From a virus (taxonomy: Duplodnaviria > Caudoviricetes), in IMG/VR virus record IMGVR_UViG_3300033072_000326, positions 24,043 through 88,042 of that record: a DNA stretch of 64,000 nucleotides; one strand, given 5' to 3'. The position numbers and the translations under genes are program-made. Positions 19,119 through 28,420 of the stretch are shown piece after piece. Positions within the stretch are counted from its first letter, which is position 1; the number at the start of each line of letters is the position of its first letter. The notes beneath the pieces are model-generated. The model was not told the origin of the DNA and did no database searches. It was given only the letters and a program-made list of their open reading frames with translations.

Positions 19119-20125
19119 TACATCCCTCCTTTAGCTTTCCACACAAAGCCTTCTTCATTCCAACCACGTTGATATTCACGACCAACGCCAGAAGTGAAGA
19201 AGTCAATCATTTGAATTTTTTGTACACCACTGTAAAACCATTTAGCAATCGGATTATCGCCTACTTGGAACATTGCGTCAATACCTACATCACTCAGGCA
19301 AATGTTGAGGCGACTACGAACAAACTCTTTCAACTGATGCGCGTTTGTTCCGCGAGGGTCGCCTTTGGCACACAACATGTCACAGATACGTTCTTCATGT
19401 TCCAGAATAACGATAGCGGCTTGTTTAATCTTATCTTGAATCTCAGCCACTTTCTCTGCTGGCAGCTGCAATTCCTGCATCGCAATGTTGTACAGCAAAG
19501 CTCCAGCTGTTTGGTGCAAACCCTCATCAATGGCAGATTGGTTAATGCCCCGCACAGTGTTGGAAATCAGGTTGTTACCGTTACTCTGGAAGTTCTTGAA
19601 CAAAGCAAAGCTACTGAACAACACAGCGCCCTCTACAAGAGAGAAAACAGCCAAGTCAACCAAGTCGTCAGAAGTATCTACAAGCTGGTCAAGGAAGTCC
19701 ATTCGTGCTTTCAACACAGGGTCTTCGATGTAGCTTTCGTAGAAAGAGTCAACATTCAATCCCAACACTTGGTTTAGCTTGTCATAAAAAACTGCATGTA
19801 TACCCTCTTCCACCATACCAAACACGGAACAAAGACGCTGCACTTCTGGGCGAGGAAACATCTTACGAACACGACCATTCCAGTGCTCCCCGCCGACAAA
19901 CAGCTCATATTTAACAAACAGTTTTAGTGCCGTAGACACAGCATGCTTCTCTGCCTCTGTCATATTGACTAGAAGGTCTTGCTTATCCTTCTCAACATCC
20001 ATCTCTGTTGCTGTCCAGAAACAATCTACAAGCTGTTTATCTGCCAACTCCACAATGGCAGGATAATAGGTTACATAACTTTCTGTTGGTGTAAAAATAC
20101 GGCTGTTGTATTTAGTCGTGGTCAT
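19118..20125 (-). CDS. nrdB: Ribonucleotide reductase beta subunit
   Basis: E..H..FY, VEGAVLFSSF, DE..H di-iron motifs; start set at ATG 20125 after GAGG. Confidence 0.95.
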   Translation of the reverse strand: MTTTKYNSRIFTPTESYVTYYPAIVELADKQLVDCFWTATEMDVEKDKQDLLVNMTEAEKHAVSTALKLFVKYELFVGGEHWNGRVRKMFPRPEVQRLCSVFGMVEEGIHAVFYDKLNQVLGLNVDSFYESYIEDPVLKARMDFLDQLVDTSDDLVDLAVFSLVEGAVLFSSFALFKNFQSNGNNLISNTVRGINQSAIDEGLHQTAGALLYNIAMQELQLPAEKVAEIQDKIKQAAIVILEHEERICDMLCAKGDPRGTNAHQLKEFVRSRLNICLSDVGIDAMFQVGDNPIAKWFYSGVQKIQMIDFFTSGVGREYQRGWNEEGFVWKAKGGM

Positions 20126-20636
20126 ATTCTTCCTCATCTCGTACATCAATAATCATTTGTTTCATTGCATTCAGCATTACAACTGTCTGCTCATAATCAT
20201 CTTCTTGTCCTACACTCTTACTACTTTTCATTACCTTATCAGCTGAATATGTGCGTAGAGCAAAAGCCATCAAATCTCTGTCACCAACACCTTCAGAGCT
20301 AGCACGAAGCAAATCACTCTTCAGTTCATTATCACTCTGAGAAGCAATGAGAGCTTGCATTGTACTGTATTTGCTTTCAATCCAAGGAGCATCTGTTCGT
20401 TCACTACCAACAATGGAGAAATCAATTACAACATCTCCATCAAAATTACGATGCTTGTTAGCTTGATAGCCATATTGCTTGTTAATATCCAGTCCTAGAT
20501 CATGGAGAAAAGGGACAAGAGATTCATCTGTTTCTCGTGACAACAGCTTAACGCTAGGCCATTTAAAGAAATGTGGAATCTTCTTCAAATCTGAGAAGCT
20601 AATTCGTCGTACAGCATGTGCTTGGTATTTGTCCAT
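20112..20636 (-). CDS. Hypothetical protein
   Basis: 174 aa ORF coupled to its neighbours. Confidence 0.65.
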   Translation of the reverse strand: MDKYQAHAVRRISFSDLKKIPHFFKWPSVKLLSRETDESLVPFLHDLGLDINKQYGYQANKHRNFDGDVVIDFSIVGSERTDAPWIESKYSTMQALIASQSDNELKSDLLRASSEGVGDRDLMAFALRTYSADKVMKSSKSVGQEDDYEQTVVMLNAMKQMIIDVRDEEEYDHD

Positions 20637-20818
20637 CAGTGTTTCTCCGCGTTTTTCAGATACTCGATAGCCATCAGAACAATATCGTGCATGTGCTCCA
20701 CATCAACTTGCACCTTCGCGTGTCCCATTTCTTTGTAAATACACATCAGACCAAACATGTCGCCAAGATCAGCTTCGCTCCAACGTTCAAGCAGGTTTAG
20801 GGCTTCTTGTGTTTTCAT
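20636..20818 (-). CDS. Hypothetical protein
   Basis: Translationally coupled ORF in operon. Confidence 0.6.
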   Translation of the reverse strand: MKTQEALNLLERWSEADLGDMFGLMCIYKEMGHAKVQVDVEHMHDIVLMAIEYLKNAEKH

Positions 20819-21078
20819 TGTGTCATTTCCTTCATCATCTGTTTAGCACGTTTAACAGCCTCTTCCCATTCTGTCTTTGTACACTGCTCACTACTTTGCA
20901 GAATGTATTTCATTGAATTGTCGTATTCTCGCTTCTGAAGAACAACAGAAGATTCTACAGGAGATTCAAATTGTCGCTCTTCAATACAATAAACACACTC
21001 CTCAACATTGTCTCCAATGACAAATTTGAAATAGCTGTTAATACAGCTGCCTAGTTGTTTTCGATAGAGGGTTTGCAT
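20815..21078 (-). CDS. Hypothetical protein
   Basis: SD GGAG; coupled ORF. Confidence 0.6.
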   Translation of the reverse strand: MQTLYRKQLGSCINSYFKFVIGDNVEECVYCIEERQFESPVESSVVLQKREYDNSMKYILQSSEQCTKTEWEEAVKRAKQMMKEMTQ

Positions 21079-21306
21079 TTAATTCTCCTCCCATTTCCAA
21101 AGAGGAAGAAGACAAGCCTCGGTGATACTTAGCGCCTTGTTACCGTGGTATAGTTCATCTAACAGCACGATATAGTGATGTGGTGCTGGATGCAGGTGGT
21201 GGCAAGGAAGACCAATAATCTCCCCATGTTTACCATTCAAATTCCCATCCCCTGTGCTATAGAACACTATACTATCATACAGTTGGAAGTTTTGTGATTG
21301 GTACAT
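21079..21306 (-). CDS. Hypothetical protein (SH3-like fold possible)
   Basis: Coupled ORF. Confidence 0.55.
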   Translation of the reverse strand: MYQSQNFQLYDSIVFYSTGDGNLNGKHGEIIGLPCHHLHPAPHHYIVLLDELYHGNKALSITEACLLPLWKWEEN

Positions 21307-21821
21307 TATACAGCCTCCTTCGGAAGAAATTGGTCAAGAACAACACTCTTGTAGCCTTTTGGTTTGAGTAATTTGAAATCGCTCTTACGAACAACAGCAA
21401 ACACATCATACTCCTCATTGTAACGAATGTCAACAGCAATGTTCTGCTCTTCGTACATTACAGCAGTTTCATTTGCTTCTTCAATTGTTTTTACAAATTT
21501 GCTGTCGTTGTTCTTACATACAGCTTCTAGAGCACCAAACACGTCGTAGCCGAGTTGTTCAGCAATTTGCATCAGACCAAATAGTGTATAAGCAACGTCT
21601 ACAACACCGTCTAGAAGTTCTTTACTGTTTACGTCAATGTCCTCTGGTGAGATAACGCGATTGCCACAACACTCCTCCCATGCTCCCAGAGAGTCGAACG
21701 CTTCCCTTACCTCCTCGTCAACACGTTCAAGTTTCTGTACCAATGTTTCGTAAGACACATCAGAGCCAACAATAGTGTTGAATTTGTATGCCATTTCTTT
21801 TGCTTGTTCCAACTTGTTCAT
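21306..21821 (-). CDS. MazG/PRA-PH-like NTP pyrophosphohydrolase
   Basis: EEVRE...ELLDG..D..Y..FG, V...N.SK motifs. Confidence 0.8.
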   Translation of the reverse strand: MNKLEQAKEMAYKFNTIVGSDVSYETLVQKLERVDEEVREAFDSLGAWEECCGNRVISPEDIDVNSKELLDGVVDVAYTLFGLMQIAEQLGYDVFGALEAVCKNNDSKFVKTIEEANETAVMYEEQNIAVDIRYNEEYDVFAVVRKSDFKLLKPKGYKSVVLDQFLPKEAV

Positions 21822-22078
21822 TTCTTCTCCTTGTTATCCAGCTTCTTCATCAGTTCAATAAGAAGTTCTGTACCTTTATCACTGTCTTCAATATAGGCAG
21901 CAATTTCGGCATTAATTTTCTCAGACATAAATCGCTCTCCCCACTCCTTGAGAAACGCTACAAACTTAGATTCTTTTTCATCAGTTTCAAAACCATCGTT
22001 CATACGAGCTTCAAGAACAACAGCCAAGCTGCACTTCAAGATGTACAGTTCTGCACCTGTGAGTTTCAATGTCTTCAT
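21818..22078 (-). CDS. Hypothetical protein
   Basis: SD GGAG; coupled ORF. Confidence 0.6.
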   Translation of the reverse strand: MKTLKLTGAELYILKCSLAVVLEARMNDGFETDEKESKFVAFLKEWGERFMSEKINAEIAAYIEDSDKGTELLIELMKKLDNKEKK

Positions 22079-22317
22079 TATTTCTTCTCCTTGTTCAATT
22101 TAACTAGTGTATCAACAAACAGCTTCAACATCTGTTCATCTGTCTCATATTCTACAAGAGCTTCCACATTCTTGTCAAGCAATTTGTCACACATTTGTTT
22201 CTGTTCTTCCGACAACATGTGAGGACGTGTTTCAAGCCATTCAGCGATGTTGTTCAACAGTCCAAGAGAAATAACAGCTTTCTCTGTTGGTGTTATAGTG
22301 TAACGTTTGTTCTTCAT
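22078..22317 (-). CDS. Hypothetical protein
   Basis: Coupled ORF. Confidence 0.6.
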   Translation of the reverse strand: MKNKRYTITPTEKAVISLGLLNNIAEWLETRPHMLSEEQKQMCDKLLDKNVEALVEYETDEQMLKLFVDTLVKLNKEKK

Positions 22318-22514
22318 TTCTTAACGCACTCACTAACACGAATACGAGAACTTACTTCCAACTTACCAACCATCTGTTTTGCAGCAGCAACACAGTTTTC
22401 CTTGGTTGTAAATTCTTGCGTAATGGCAGCTGCACTGTCACCACCAGCGAACGTAGCGAATACAATCAAAACCCACATAATTCTCTCCTTCTTGTTTTCC
22501 AGCGACAGATGAAT

Positions 22515-22542
22515 ATTATACCACAGATATTCAACTTGTCAA
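22515..22542 (-). promoter_or_regulatory. Sigma70-like promoter
   Basis: TTGACA-16 nt-TATAAT, TGTGGTATAAT. Confidence 0.65.
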
Positions 22543-22741
22543 CACACGTTATAAAGAAATATAAACAACAGATGCAACAAACAACACAAGAAGAATGCAC
22601 AAGAAAGTTGCTTGTAAGACATTTAGCTGCCGCTCTTCCAGGTGTTTTGTATTTCCATTATCCATTGTTTTCCTGATGTTGTCAACAATTTCCATTGCTT
22701 TCTTTTGACTCTCGTTCATTGTTCTCTCCTTACGTTTAAAT

Positions 22742-22763
22742 GAGCCACCCCGAAAGGTGGCTC
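22742..22763 (-). terminator. Terminator-like hairpin
   Basis: GAGCCACCT-TTCG-GGGTGGCTC just after the 22770 stop; weak U tract. Confidence 0.55.
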
Positions 22764-22769
22764 AAATAG

Positions 22770-23726
22770 CTACATTACATTTGTCAACGTCGCTTGCATC
22801 TCTTCTTTGCTACGCACATTATGTCGTGTACGCATCACTTTCCCACAACACTTACAACGCATTGTATGGAAGGATGATAGCGCAGTGTGAGATAGTTTGT
22901 CAAGATTTTCTAGCTTATCACTGGCACAAACAACACAACGAGGGAGAACGCTTCCCTTATACAAAGCCATGTTAGGGGCAAACTTATCCCAGCTACGCAG
23001 CTTCTCATACACTTTCTCAAGCACAAGAATGTCTTGGATGTTGTATTCTTCCATTTCATTCCATGCCTCTTCATCCATCTGCATTACACGTTTCCACAAG
23101 CCGAAGCCAGAATGTTTCATCTTCTGCTCATTCAGGCCAAGATAGGCAGCAATGGATTCAAGAGAATTGGAAGGGAAACGGAATTGCTGTTTCGCAATCT
23201 TCAATGTGTCCACCACTTTATGGGGAGCAAATGGCGTCATACCATGAAACAACATACGTGTTGCAATTGTCGGCATGTCGAATTTAACAGCGTTGTGCGC
23301 AACAACAATGTCAGCTTGGTCAATAAGAGTTTTCATCTCCTTGACGATTTCAAAGTCGCTCTCTGGCTCTTGCACACGAGAGAAAATGATGTTGTCGTCA
23401 CCAAACCACTTAGCAGCATAGCACAGAATATAGCCTTCTTTCTCTACATTCTCTTGTCCAATATTTGCTTTCCAACGACGGAATGTATAGGCAAGAAATG
23501 GAGCTGTCTCAATGTCGATGATGAGGATACGTGCTGGTGGTTTTTCCTTCTGCTCTGTGGCGTATTTAACACCCTCCAACACCTCTTGCCCAGTATTACG
23601 TTGTGCAGCAAGGAAATCGTTTACAGTGGATTTGCCAATGTTCAAGACACGGCCAATGCTCCGCGAGGAGTATCCTTGTGCCTTCATTGTTAGAATAGCA
23701 TCTTTTGTCGATTGTGTCAGTTTCAT
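22770..23726 (-). CDS. HTH + DnaQ/RNase H-like 3'-5' exonuclease with C-terminal Zn ribbon
   Basis: IIDIET, AHN...FD, YN.QD..L; CxxC...CxCC. Confidence 0.8.
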   Translation of the reverse strand: MKLTQSTKDAILTMKAQGYSSRSIGRVLNIGKSTVNDFLAAQRNTGQEVLEGVKYATEQKEKPPARILIIDIETAPFLAYTFRRWKANIGQENVEKEGYILCYAAKWFGDDNIIFSRVQEPESDFEIVKEMKTLIDQADIVVAHNAVKFDMPTIATRMLFHGMTPFAPHKVVDTLKIAKQQFRFPSNSLESIAAYLGLNEQKMKHSGFGLWKRVMQMDEEAWNEMEEYNIQDILVLEKVYEKLRSWDKFAPNMALYKGSVLPRCVVCASDKLENLDKLSHTALSSFHTMRCKCCGKVMRTRHNVRSKEEMQATLTNVM

Positions 23727-24085
23727 TCTCGTACCTCGCTCACTTTAATATGTGCCAAACCAGCTTTCCAAGCCTCTTCAAATGTCATATCTACGCACGC
23801 CATCAATGCACGATTCAGGTTCTTCTCGGCAGCTTCGTAAGATGCAAAGATGTAGTCATTAATACCCAAATCCCATTCAGCCCAGATAGTGTAAACTTTC
23901 ATTATTTCTCCTCACATTCCCATATCAACAATGGCAGTATCATCACAACCTTCGGAATACCCTGCATCGTAAATAGCTTCTACGACATCTTCAAACTCGT
24001 TCAACCATTCATAAGCATCTTGCAAATGCCAACCTTTACGACAAAGCAAAGTGGCAATTTCGTGATACCGTTCACATTTAAGCAT

Positions 24086-24658
24086 TTATTTCTCTCCTTT
24101 AAGAATATCTCTCAACAACGCTCTACGTTTCGCTTCACTATTGATAGCAACACCAGTATACCCTTTTTCTTGAAGGTAGGCAAGTGTTTTTGACTTATTT
24201 TTTAACATGTCAATAACGGTTGCCTCAATCTTAGCTTCCTCAAAGGATACACCAAGACGCTGCCCAAGACTTACAATTCTGTGGCACCCTTTACACAAAA
24301 TCCTCAAATCACTATCAGCTACCACAAGTAGCTTCTCTACACAAGATCGTACATCATCCAGAGATGTAAGGGAAGCTGTTTCTTCAAGAATGTGGTCAAC
24401 CTCCACTTCGTTCTGCTTAAACACTTGCTGACAAATTTCGCACTTATACGCATTGACAAAGGGGAAGCGTTTCATTGAGCGAGGGTTTGTGTTTGGAACA
24501 CGCATTGCTCTCTTCTTCAAATGCTTCAGACGTACAGGGGATTTAGACCACCCTTTCCTGATAATCCCCTTGAGCCACGAGAAGAATGCAGAACGTGTTT
24601 TCCAAACATCTTGGTTTTCTGCAACGATGATGTCGATTTTGTCAGTCATATTCAACAC
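24086..24658 (-). CDS. HNH endonuclease (conserved replication-module type)
   Basis: CEICQ..F...EVEVDHI...LCKGCH. Confidence 0.8.
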   Translation of the reverse strand: MLNMTDKIDIIVAENQDVWKTRSAFFSWLKGIIRKGWSKSPVRLKHLKKRAMRVPNTNPRSMKRFPFVNAYKCEICQQVFKQNEVEVDHILEETASLTSLDDVRSCVEKLLVVADSDLRILCKGCHRIVSLGQRLGVSFEEAKIEATVIDMLKNKSKTLAYLQEKGYTGVAINSEAKRRALLRDILKGEK

Positions 24659-25631
24659 CCAACTCTTTCAGATAGCTGTCCAAATCAAACATCTGTCCTT
24701 CCCATCTGCGCATCCACAAAAAGAAACACATCTCCTTCATACGCTCATAACCATCTTCAGGCCAAGCAAGTTGATATGCCTCTAGAACACGTTCAGCAGC
24801 TTCTTTCTCTGTTGTACAACCATCAAGAATAGTATCTGCTGTCTTGCCACCAACACCTTTTGTCTTGATGCTGTATTTGTCTTTTGTTTCTTGTGCAAGA
24901 TGGACAATGCCGTCAATGTTATCACCACTATCCCCACAAAGAGTTTGCCACCAATATTTCTTCCAGCGTTGCTCGTCTGTCCAGACAAACACGCCATCTT
25001 CAGGCTTCATGTAATTATAAAACAAACCATAAGAGTTGGCAAACACATCTTTATCGCACGCGCTTACAATGTTACCTGCCAGTGCAGCACGCACAACATA
25101 GTCATCCGTTTCTTCGCCATCTACAACAACACAACGATGTTTATACTTCACTTTCACCCAGTCGTAAAGTTCTTTGAATAGGATGGGTTTCTCTCCTCTT
25201 TGTGCCTTATATTGTACATACTTGGCTGGGCAGGTCTTACGGAAATTACCTTCACCTTGGATGCAAACGAAGTAATCTTTCGCACCAACAGCTTCAACAA
25301 TACTTGCTACCTTTTGCTTAAAAGAGTAACAGGCGTTTGCTATTCGGCTGACAGGTTTTGTGTAAGTCTGGATATTACCTTCTTCGTCCTCTTCTTCCCA
25401 AGTCTCGTAGTCTGGTTTAAGCTCTTTTACGACAGTGAATTCAAAGTCTTCTTTGTTCCACTTGGTGTTTGCTTTTAGCCATGTGTTGAATTCTGTCTTG
25501 CTTTCAAACAGCTTCTCGCGACCTGTTGGAACATGTTTTGCAAGACATTTATTAACTTCCTCTTTCGCTGCACTTGAAAAAAGCAAAGTGTCAGCGTCGA
25601 TCATTAAAAGTTTATCAGAGCAGTCTATCAT
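24642..25631 (-). CDS. 5'-3' exonuclease (T7 gp6-like)
   Basis: IDADTL, G.GNFR, Y..QR, GEETDD, DKD, GDSGDNI.G, GVG.KTA. Confidence 0.88.
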   Translation of the reverse strand: MIDCSDKLLMIDADTLLFSSAAKEEVNKCLAKHVPTGREKLFESKTEFNTWLKANTKWNKEDFEFTVVKELKPDYETWEEEDEEGNIQTYTKPVSRIANACYSFKQKVASIVEAVGAKDYFVCIQGEGNFRKTCPAKYVQYKAQRGEKPILFKELYDWVKVKYKHRCVVVDGEETDDYVVRAALAGNIVSACDKDVFANSYGLFYNYMKPEDGVFVWTDEQRWKKYWWQTLCGDSGDNIDGIVHLAQETKDKYSIKTKGVGGKTADTILDGCTTEKEAAERVLEAYQLAWPEDGYERMKEMCFFLWMRRWEGQMFDLDSYLKELGVEYD

Positions 25632-26316
25632 TTAGTTTCTCCTTGTGGTATTTATTCTCAGCAGATTTTCTGGCGCAAACAGCATCAAACCAGTCTGAAA
25701 AACGCCCTAAGTATCTATTCTTATACTCGTCACCTATCTGCGCTACCCACTTACCTTTGTAGAAAGTAATCCCTTTCACCCCGCTTGTGTTGTTACGACT
25801 TAAACCCCTATTCAACACAGATGTTGTATCTGTTACCCATCTACAATTGCTCTTGCAGTAACCTCTTGTGTTGTCAACTCTGTCTAGTTTTGCTGCTCTA
25901 TCGGGCTTAACACCCATATCTTCAGTGAAGTTGCTAAAACCCTGTGAGAATGGTAACAACCACCGCTCATCTTCGACTCTTATTTCAGAACCTCCATATT
26001 GCTGGTAAGAGTCATGATTTTCTTCGTAGCACCGCTGAATCATCATACTCCAAGTATTATAGTTGGGATGTTCCCTATCACACCCAACACGAAGATTTGC
26101 AAATAAACGACTTTCCCTGTCATGGTATTGTGTACAACCGCAAGACACCACTGTCTCTGCATATAGGCTTGGAGAATGCAGCAGTTTTATGTTACCACAA
26201 TCACATTGACACAAGTACATTCTCACCTTTGCTTTTCCAGACGCAGATGTTGCCATTTTATCTTTAGATAGTACAACCAACTTTCCAACTCGTTTACCCA
26301 GTAACGAGTTCCCCAT
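25615..26316 (-). CDS. Free-standing HNH/AP2-type homing endonuclease
   Basis: Start at ATG 26316 after AGGAGG. C.CDCG..SCGC, W..M.QRC, LDR.DN..GY.K.NCRW, NNTSGVKG..W.A.I..LG.F. Confidence 0.85.
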   Translation of the reverse strand: MGNSLLGKRVGKLVVLSKDKMATSASGKAKVRMYLCQCDCGNIKLLHSPSLYAETVVSCGCTQYHDRESRLFANLRVGCDREHPNYNTWSMMIQRCYEENHDSYQQYGGSEIRVEDERWLLPFSQGFSNFTEDMGVKPDRAAKLDRVDNTRGYCKSNCRWVTDTTSVLNRGLSRNNTSGVKGITFYKGKWVAQIGDEYKNRYLGRFSDWFDAVCARKSAENKYHKEKLNDRLL

Positions 26317-26330
26317 ACTAACCTCCTTGC

Positions 26331-26362
26331 AAAGAAAAAACCCTTGCCACAAGGACAAGGGC
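26331..26362 (-). terminator. Rho-independent terminator after SSB
   Basis: GCCCTTGTC/GGCAAGGGT stem plus TTTTTT. Confidence 0.8.
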
Positions 26363-26382
26363 TTCTTAGTTGTCACATCAGC

Positions 26383-27030
26383 TTAAAACGGTGTATCTTC
26401 CATGTCATCTTCTTGAGCAGCTTGTCGAGCTTCATTACGACTACGTTTTGCTTCACCTTCCTCGTTTGCTTTCTTACGATCAGCAATCACGGCAGGGTTG
26501 GTTGGAGCAACACCGGCAGAAGGGACGCCAAACACATTGTTGTTCTGACTAGCAGGAACATATTCAATGAAGTGCTCGACCAAGATCGAGTGCAGGTATG
26601 GGTGAGCACCGTTCTTGCCTTCTGTGGCTTTATAAGCCAGTTTACCTTTACTGCCATTTGCTACCAGCTTTGCAGTGGTAATGTCAAGGCTAGTGCCATC
26701 TTCTTGCATCAGCATCACTTTAGGACGGAACTTAGTGTTTACAACACCGTTCTTCTCAGCTGGTTGTTTGAAGGTCAGAACAAACTGATTCTTCTGGTCT
26801 GGGCAAGGAGCGTCAATCTTATACTTGTCTTTGAAATCGACAGTTTTGATCTTCTTAACGCTTAGTTTCTGGAACTTGTCGCACAGATCATCAGCGGTGT
26901 CCTCGTCAACAATAACGGAGGTGGTGTATTCAGTACCGTCTTTGTTGAAGTTAGGGGACGGTTCTGCCATCTTCACAAATACGAAAGTGACGTTGTTCAG
27001 AACTTCGATGGTTGCTTTTGCGTTTGCCAT
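26383..27030 (-). CDS. Single-stranded DNA-binding protein (T7 gp2.5-like)
   Basis: OB-fold-like sequence, NGSKGKL, acidic tail ending EDDMEDTPF. Confidence 0.75.
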   Translation of the reverse strand: MANAKATIEVLNNVTFVFVKMAEPSPNFNKDGTEYTTSVIVDEDTADDLCDKFQKLSVKKIKTVDFKDKYKIDAPCPDQKNQFVLTFKQPAEKNGVVNTKFRPKVMLMQEDGTSLDITTAKLVANGSKGKLAYKATEGKNGAHPYLHSILVEHFIEYVPASQNNNVFGVPSAGVAPTNPAVIADRKKANEEGEAKRSRNEARQAAQEDDMEDTPF

Positions 27031-27143
27031 TTGTTTTATTTCCTTTTGGTTAGATTTTCAATGAGGAGACCATCTCCCCGCTGAGAGGTGTAGACATTTC
27101 TGTCTACATAATACACGTCCTGTTCATTCAGTGTATGGTGAGC

Positions 27144-27172
27144 ATTATAACACAAATCGTCTTACATGTCAA
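27144..27172 (-). promoter_or_regulatory. Consensus sigma70 promoter for SSB
   Basis: TTGACA-17 nt-TATAAT. Confidence 0.8.
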
Positions 27173-27789
27173 GCATTATCGTCATCTTTACTCTCCTTCT
27201 GTTTAATTTGATTGGAAATGAAATTCTCCACTTCCGTCTCATCTCCGTATGTTAAAACAAATTGCGTGTGTTCATCAAGCTCTGTTTCATCCAAAGCTGC
27301 CTCAAAATCTGTATACCATTTCTCAACAATGCCGATTTGTCTACGCAACATCGAGCTGTTATATCCACTATACCCAGATTCGTAACAGAAGTCAAGCAAC
27401 TTACAAGCATTAATTCGGAACAACAACGTAAGGACAGTGGGGACATCAATCAATGTTCCAACAGGAAACCCTTTACACACTTTCCTGTAGTTGAAAGGGA
27501 GGAGGACATTGATTGTAGCTCTATCTGTTCTATGTGTATTGTTCTTTTTAACAATAGCTTCCGTACACGCCATCACTATAGCATTCCAGTCTTTACGTGT
27601 CAATGGCTTTGTTTGACTTTCAATCCACCGAGAAAGCCTCCCAGCTCCACGAACATCTGTAGCAGCTAGAACAAGCTCTCTTGGTGTTTTACAGCCTTCA
27701 CGCCAGCTTGTATCTGTGAAGCTGTCGATGATTCGTTGATCGCGTGGTGTTATTTTGAGAGGGCGTATGCGTCGTTTAGCCTTTGCCAT
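27169..27789 (-). CDS. Hypothetical protein
   Basis: ~206 aa ORF in replication operon. Confidence 0.65.
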   Translation of the reverse strand: MAKAKRRIRPLKITPRDQRIIDSFTDTSWREGCKTPRELVLAATDVRGAGRLSRWIESQTKPLTRKDWNAIVMACTEAIVKKNNTHRTDRATINVLLPFNYRKVCKGFPVGTLIDVPTVLTLLFRINACKLLDFCYESGYSGYNSSMLRRQIGIVEKWYTDFEAALDETELDEHTQFVLTYGDETEVENFISNQIKQKESKDDDNA

Positions 27790-28408
27790 ACCATTCCTCA
27801 TACGAGTAACGTTTCTTTAATGCCTCCACAACACGAGGGTCTGTTTCGAGTTCAGCAACAAGTTGAGCATACTCGTGCTTGCGCTTACGCCAAGCTTCGT
27901 GTGCTTCTTCTGGCGTATCGAAATAGGCTATGTAAGTAGGCTTCATACCAAACGGGTGACGGCAGCCTGCCTTGAACCTACCACTGTTTTTATCTCTACT
28001 TACTCCCAGAGGCCACTCACCCCTTGACGCATCAGATGCCGTTAGGAATGTGTTTGTTATAGGATTAACAAACACACAAAAGTCTGGGGCATACATCTTA
28101 TTGGCTGGGAAGAGAATATCCTTGTCTAAATGCTTCCCTTCCCACTCCTGTTGTTCCATCCAACGTTTGAAGTTGGACAAATATTTCCATTCATCACAAC
28201 ATGTCACATCTTTGTAGGTAGGAAACCGTTCTTTAAGTGTACGAGAAAAAGAACGTTGAATAATGCCAGTCCATGCAGAGTAGTATGGACAAGTCCATAT
28301 AACCTTTCTCCTTCGTACCCCTCCGTTATCTGTGACATACGCAGTGTGCCTTGTCAGGTACTCCACGTCATCGTAAGCAACATCAAACAATTTTTTAGTT
28401 TGTCTCAT
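27776..28408 (-). CDS. Free-standing HNH-family homing endonuclease
   Basis: Y.AW..I.QR, EW....NF..W, LDKDIL...N..Y.P..C.FV, AP2-like C-terminus. Confidence 0.85.
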   Translation of the reverse strand: MRQTKKLFDVAYDDVEYLTRHTAYVTDNGGVRRRKVIWTCPYYSAWTGIIQRSFSRTLKERFPTYKDVTCCDEWKYLSNFKRWMEQQEWEGKHLDKDILFPANKMYAPDFCVFVNPITNTFLTASDASRGEWPLGVSRDKNSGRFKAGCRHPFGMKPTYIAYFDTPEEAHEAWRKRKHEYAQLVAELETDPRVVEALKKRYSYEEWYGKG

Positions 28409-28420
28409 AAAATACTCCCC

